This document shows positions 61,311 through 64,000 of a stretch of DNA of 64,000 bases, one piece after another. A model generated the notes under the pieces. That model was not told the origin of the DNA. It ran no database searches and saw nothing but the letters and a program-made list of their open reading frames with translations. Within the stretch, counting starts at the first letter, position 1. Each line of letters opens with the position of its first letter. Location: contig CAVXVB010000009.1 of the NCBI GenBank assembly GCA_963765205.1, forward strand, positions 1,152,001 to 1,216,000, given 5' to 3'. The position numbers and the translations under genes are program-made. This stretch comes from an uncultured Verrucomicrobiae bacterium. Lineage in GTDB: Bacteria > Verrucomicrobiota > Verrucomicrobiia > Opitutales > JABDGR01.

Positions 61311-62273
61311 ATGCCCGGCGACCCGCCCGCCACTCCGCCACCCCTTTCCGCCAGTGTGCCGCACCTGGAGGCGTTTCTCGATGAATTGCGCGGCGAGCGG
61401 CGCCTTTCCCCAAACACCGCGCGCAATTACGCGCAAGCCGTGCGCGGATTCTTTCTCTGGCTGCGGCAAAGCGAAGGCCGCGCCTTGGCCCCCGCGCAGG
61501 TGACGCGCCTGCACGCGCGCGGCTTCGTCATCGAAAGCCAGCGACGGCTCGACCGCCGGACGGTGCATTTGCATGTTTCAGCCCTGCGCGCGTTTTGGAA
61601 ATTTCTCCTGCGGCGCGGGCAGGTGCCGGCCAGCCCGTGGGTTGGGCTGGTGCTGCCGAAACTTCCGAAAAAATTGCCGCTGTTCCTGACCGAGGAACAG
61701 ATGCGCACACTCCTCGCCATTCCCGCACGCCTCGCGGAAAACCAGACCGGTGAAGGCGGCGTGAGGGAACGCGCCTTCGCAGTGAGCCGCGACTGCGTCA
61801 TGCTCGAAGTCTTATACGGCGCGGGCCTGCGCGTGAGCGAACTGGCCGGCCTCACCTGGGGCCAACTTGATTTGGACGATGGCGTCGCGCGTGTGCGCGG
61901 CAAAGGCAACAAGGAGCGCCTGTGTCCCCTCGGCGCGATGGCGGTCGAGGCCCTGCGCGCGCACCGCGCCACTTTCATGCCTGCCGCGGCTTTCAACGCG
62001 CCGGTGTTCACGGATAAAAAAGGCCGGGGCGTCTATCCCCGCTGGGTGCAATTGCGCCTGAAAATGTTTTTGAAGCTCGCCGGGTTGCCGCTCGATTTAT
62101 CGCCGCACAAACTCCGCCATTCCTTTGCCACGCATTTATTGAACAGCGGCGCGGACCTGCGGGCCGTGCAGGAGATGCTCGGCCACGCGCGCCTCTCGAC
62201 CACGCAAATTTACACCCACGTCGGCATCGCCCGCCTCCAGGAAGCGCACCGCCAGGCGCATCCGCGGGCATAA
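61311..62273 (+). CDS. xerC: Tyrosine recombinase XerC/XerD family
   Basis: LYGAGLRVSEL, GKGNKER, SPHKLRHSFATHLL, LGHARLSTTQIYTH. Confidence 0.88.
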   Translation: MPGDPPATPPPLSASVPHLEAFLDELRGERRLSPNTARNYAQAVRGFFLWLRQSEGRALAPAQVTRLHARGFVIESQRRLDRRTVHLHVSALRAFWKFLLRRGQVPASPWVGLVLPKLPKKLPLFLTEEQMRTLLAIPARLAENQTGEGGVRERAFAVSRDCVMLEVLYGAGLRVSELAGLTWGQLDLDDGVARVRGKGNKERLCPLGAMAVEALRAHRATFMPAAAFNAPVFTDKKGRGVYPRWVQLRLKMFLKLAGLPLDLSPHKLRHSFATHLLNSGADLRAVQEMLGHARLSTTQIYTHVGIARLQEAHRQAHPRA

Positions 62274-62303
62274 GCGCCGCACGGTAGTGAATGCCCCATG
62301 CAC

Positions 62304-62335
62304 AAACGGGCCTCCGGTAATTCCGGAGGCCCGTT
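62304..62335. terminator. Hairpin between convergent genes (probable terminator)
   Basis: aacgggcctccgg-taatt-ccggaggcccgtt. Confidence 0.7.
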
Positions 62336-62381
62336 GGCAAACTGCTTGCGCGCCTCTTGGGGAGACGCCTTGATTATCGTT

Positions 62382-63521
62382 TTAGAGCGCCGCCTGCGGA
62401 GGATTAATCACCACTGCCGGTGTATTCACCGCGGGCATGCCCGGCACCATGATTTGGTTGTCCACGTTATCCAAGTTGACGACCGCAATGGCGAGGGCGC
62501 CGATGCTGTCCTTGGTGCCTTGGTTGTTGACGGAGCCGCGCAGCGTAACCCGGCCATTCAGCGTGGCCACTTCCACCCCCCAGGAGGCCAGGTCACCGGC
62601 TTGAATCGCACTGTCAATTTTCGCCGTGATGTTGATGTCGCGATAGCTCGTGCCTTGCACGAGGGCCACGTCGGTGTGCGGACCGGTGGCCGCTTGTTCG
62701 CGGGAAGCGACGACCTGCCCGGCGGAGCCATCTTGAAAGATGACATTGGGTTCCTTGTCATACGCCACTTTGGAGACATCCAGCAGCAACTCGTTGCGTT
62801 TGTCGTTGAAGCTGAGCATCGTGGGCGCAATGACCGTGGAGAATTCAAGGGGCGTCCCAAAGTTGCTGGCATTGATGTAGGCGTTGAGGATGCGCCCATT
62901 CGGCACGTCCACCACCAGGGATTGCAATTTGCCGAGGTTCTTGCCCTGCATATTATCCACCGGCATATTGATGAGCTTGCTCATGCGCTCCACAATCCCG
63001 AGGCTCGTGACGGGCCGATCGGACGCCATGGTGCGGCCGGGCGCCTCGCCCGTGAGCAGAAAGGGGGGCTCCTGCGCAAAATAGTGATAAGCGGCGGCGA
63101 TTTCATCGGTCTGCGTCGAGGCCGCCCATTTGGACAAGTCAAAGGCGGGCGCGTCTTTCCACGCTTCCGCCGTCACATCGAGCACATATACCTTTTTCTG
63201 CGAGTCAGCCATCAAAGCCGTCGGCGGCACTGCGACCGTCTTGCCGCCCATGCGCAAGGTCTGGCCGGAGACCACCAACACCTCAACGATGCGGCCGTTG
63301 GACAAATCAAGCGTGAGGTCCTGGATGCGGCCCAGGACTTCGCCTTGCGTATTGGTCACCTTAATTTCGGTGAGGTCGTTCCATTTGGTTTTCGGGCCAA
63401 AATTCCCTTCGGCGGAAATAGACGAGGGCGGGATGGGCGAGGGCGTGTTCTGGGCTTGAACCTGCAAAGGCAGACTCAAGACCAGCAGTCCGCCGGTGAG
63501 AATGGATAGGTGCTGTTTCAT
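62382..63521 (-). CDS. Exported protein with two PRC-barrel domains and a BON domain
   Basis: VTNTQGEVLGRIQDL and VDNMQGKNLGKLQSL; VATLNGRVTLRGSV...VDNQI. Confidence 0.85.
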   Translation of the reverse strand: MKQHLSILTGGLLVLSLPLQVQAQNTPSPIPPSSISAEGNFGPKTKWNDLTEIKVTNTQGEVLGRIQDLTLDLSNGRIVEVLVVSGQTLRMGGKTVAVPPTALMADSQKKVYVLDVTAEAWKDAPAFDLSKWAASTQTDEIAAAYHYFAQEPPFLLTGEAPGRTMASDRPVTSLGIVERMSKLINMPVDNMQGKNLGKLQSLVVDVPNGRILNAYINASNFGTPLEFSTVIAPTMLSFNDKRNELLLDVSKVAYDKEPNVIFQDGSAGQVVASREQAATGPHTDVALVQGTSYRDINITAKIDSAIQAGDLASWGVEVATLNGRVTLRGSVNNQGTKDSIGALAIAVVNLDNVDNQIMVPGMPAVNTPAVVINPPQAAL

Positions 63522-63595
63522 ATTATTTTCTTTCATAGTGAGTGGGTTGTTAAATTACTTGAAGGTAATATAGACGATAACAAGCGGGCGCGATA

Positions 63596-63668
63596 TGGGG
63601 CATTACCCCACCAGAGATAACCCGTTCACACCCAAGCCACCAGCGGTGGCGAGTAGGGTTTTACCCCA
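63596..63668. promoter_or_regulatory. Pair of palindromic putative regulator binding sites
   Basis: tggggcattacccca (63596-63610) and tagggttttacccca (~63654-63668) in a divergent intergenic region. Confidence 0.45.
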
Positions 63669-63789
63669 TCGCCAGCCGGCACCATCTCGTGTTTAATGCG
63701 CGGTGTTGGCCGGCTGCTCGCCTTCTTGACGAACCATGGTTAATGGAATATAATTAAAGAGTGGCAGTCGCCGGATGAACCTTTGCAAT

Positions 63790-64000
63790 ATGACTATTGG
63801 AAACGAACTTCTGCGAAAGAACGCTCGCAAGCAATTGCCGGCGCGCTACTTGGCGGGGCTGCGCGACCACTTGAGCGGGAAAAGCGCGGGGAACGGCGAT
63901 CATGCGCAAGGTTTGGGTCGCGAAGCCGTGGCCGGCGGGCTGCTGACGATGGACCTGGCCCTCATGCACGAACGGGCCCTGATCGCCCTGTCCCCCTCGT
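63790..64000 (+). CDS. Partial CDS, probable sensor kinase N-terminus (RsbU-N-like helical domain)
   Basis: ARYLAGLRDHL...GLGREAVAGGLLTMDLALMHERAL; runs off the window. Confidence 0.5.
   Translation, partial: MTIGNELLRKNARKQLPARYLAGLRDHLSGKSAGNGDHAQGLGREAVAGGLLTMDLALMHERALIALSPS

Noticed and set aside
60235..62273. tRNA-Cys near a tyrosine recombinase as a prophage or island integration site
   Set aside because: The recombinase has housekeeping XerC/D motifs and length; no att duplication of the tRNA 3' end or phage genes were seen.

Overview
GC-rich bacterial chromosome segment, most likely Verrucomicrobiota (Opitutia-like). This is inferred from the Opitutus-type pilin motif, PEP-CTERM and H-X9-DG prepilin-type proteins, and heptamer/nonamer intergenic repeats. 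Housekeeping genes include ispH, rdgB, ribD, leuB, alaS, yhbY, rph, sucCD, cobA-hemD, trpF, htrA, znuABC, malQ, rmlB/A, tRNA-Cys and xerC. Accessory content: a PilB ATPase locus, a cobalamin-riboswitch-controlled surface-protein operon, a CrtI-like/fabZ/fabI/oleA/oleB lipid cluster interrupted by a toxin-antitoxin + FecR island, and an ~11 kb glycosyl-/sulfotransferase cluster. Two features stand out. (1) alaS carries an in-frame, apparently intact REP-associated HUH (RAYT/Y1) transposase domain bracketed by a perfect 30-bp inverted repeat, plus AT-rich mosaic patches. (2) Two small ORFs inside the glyco/sulfo cluster share a 38-aa basic leader ending in GS and lie near an atypical ClpP-like protease, a possible undescribed peptide-modification system. 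Six genes show single-base frameshifts that are probably assembly indels. All calls come from reading motifs by eye; no searches were run.
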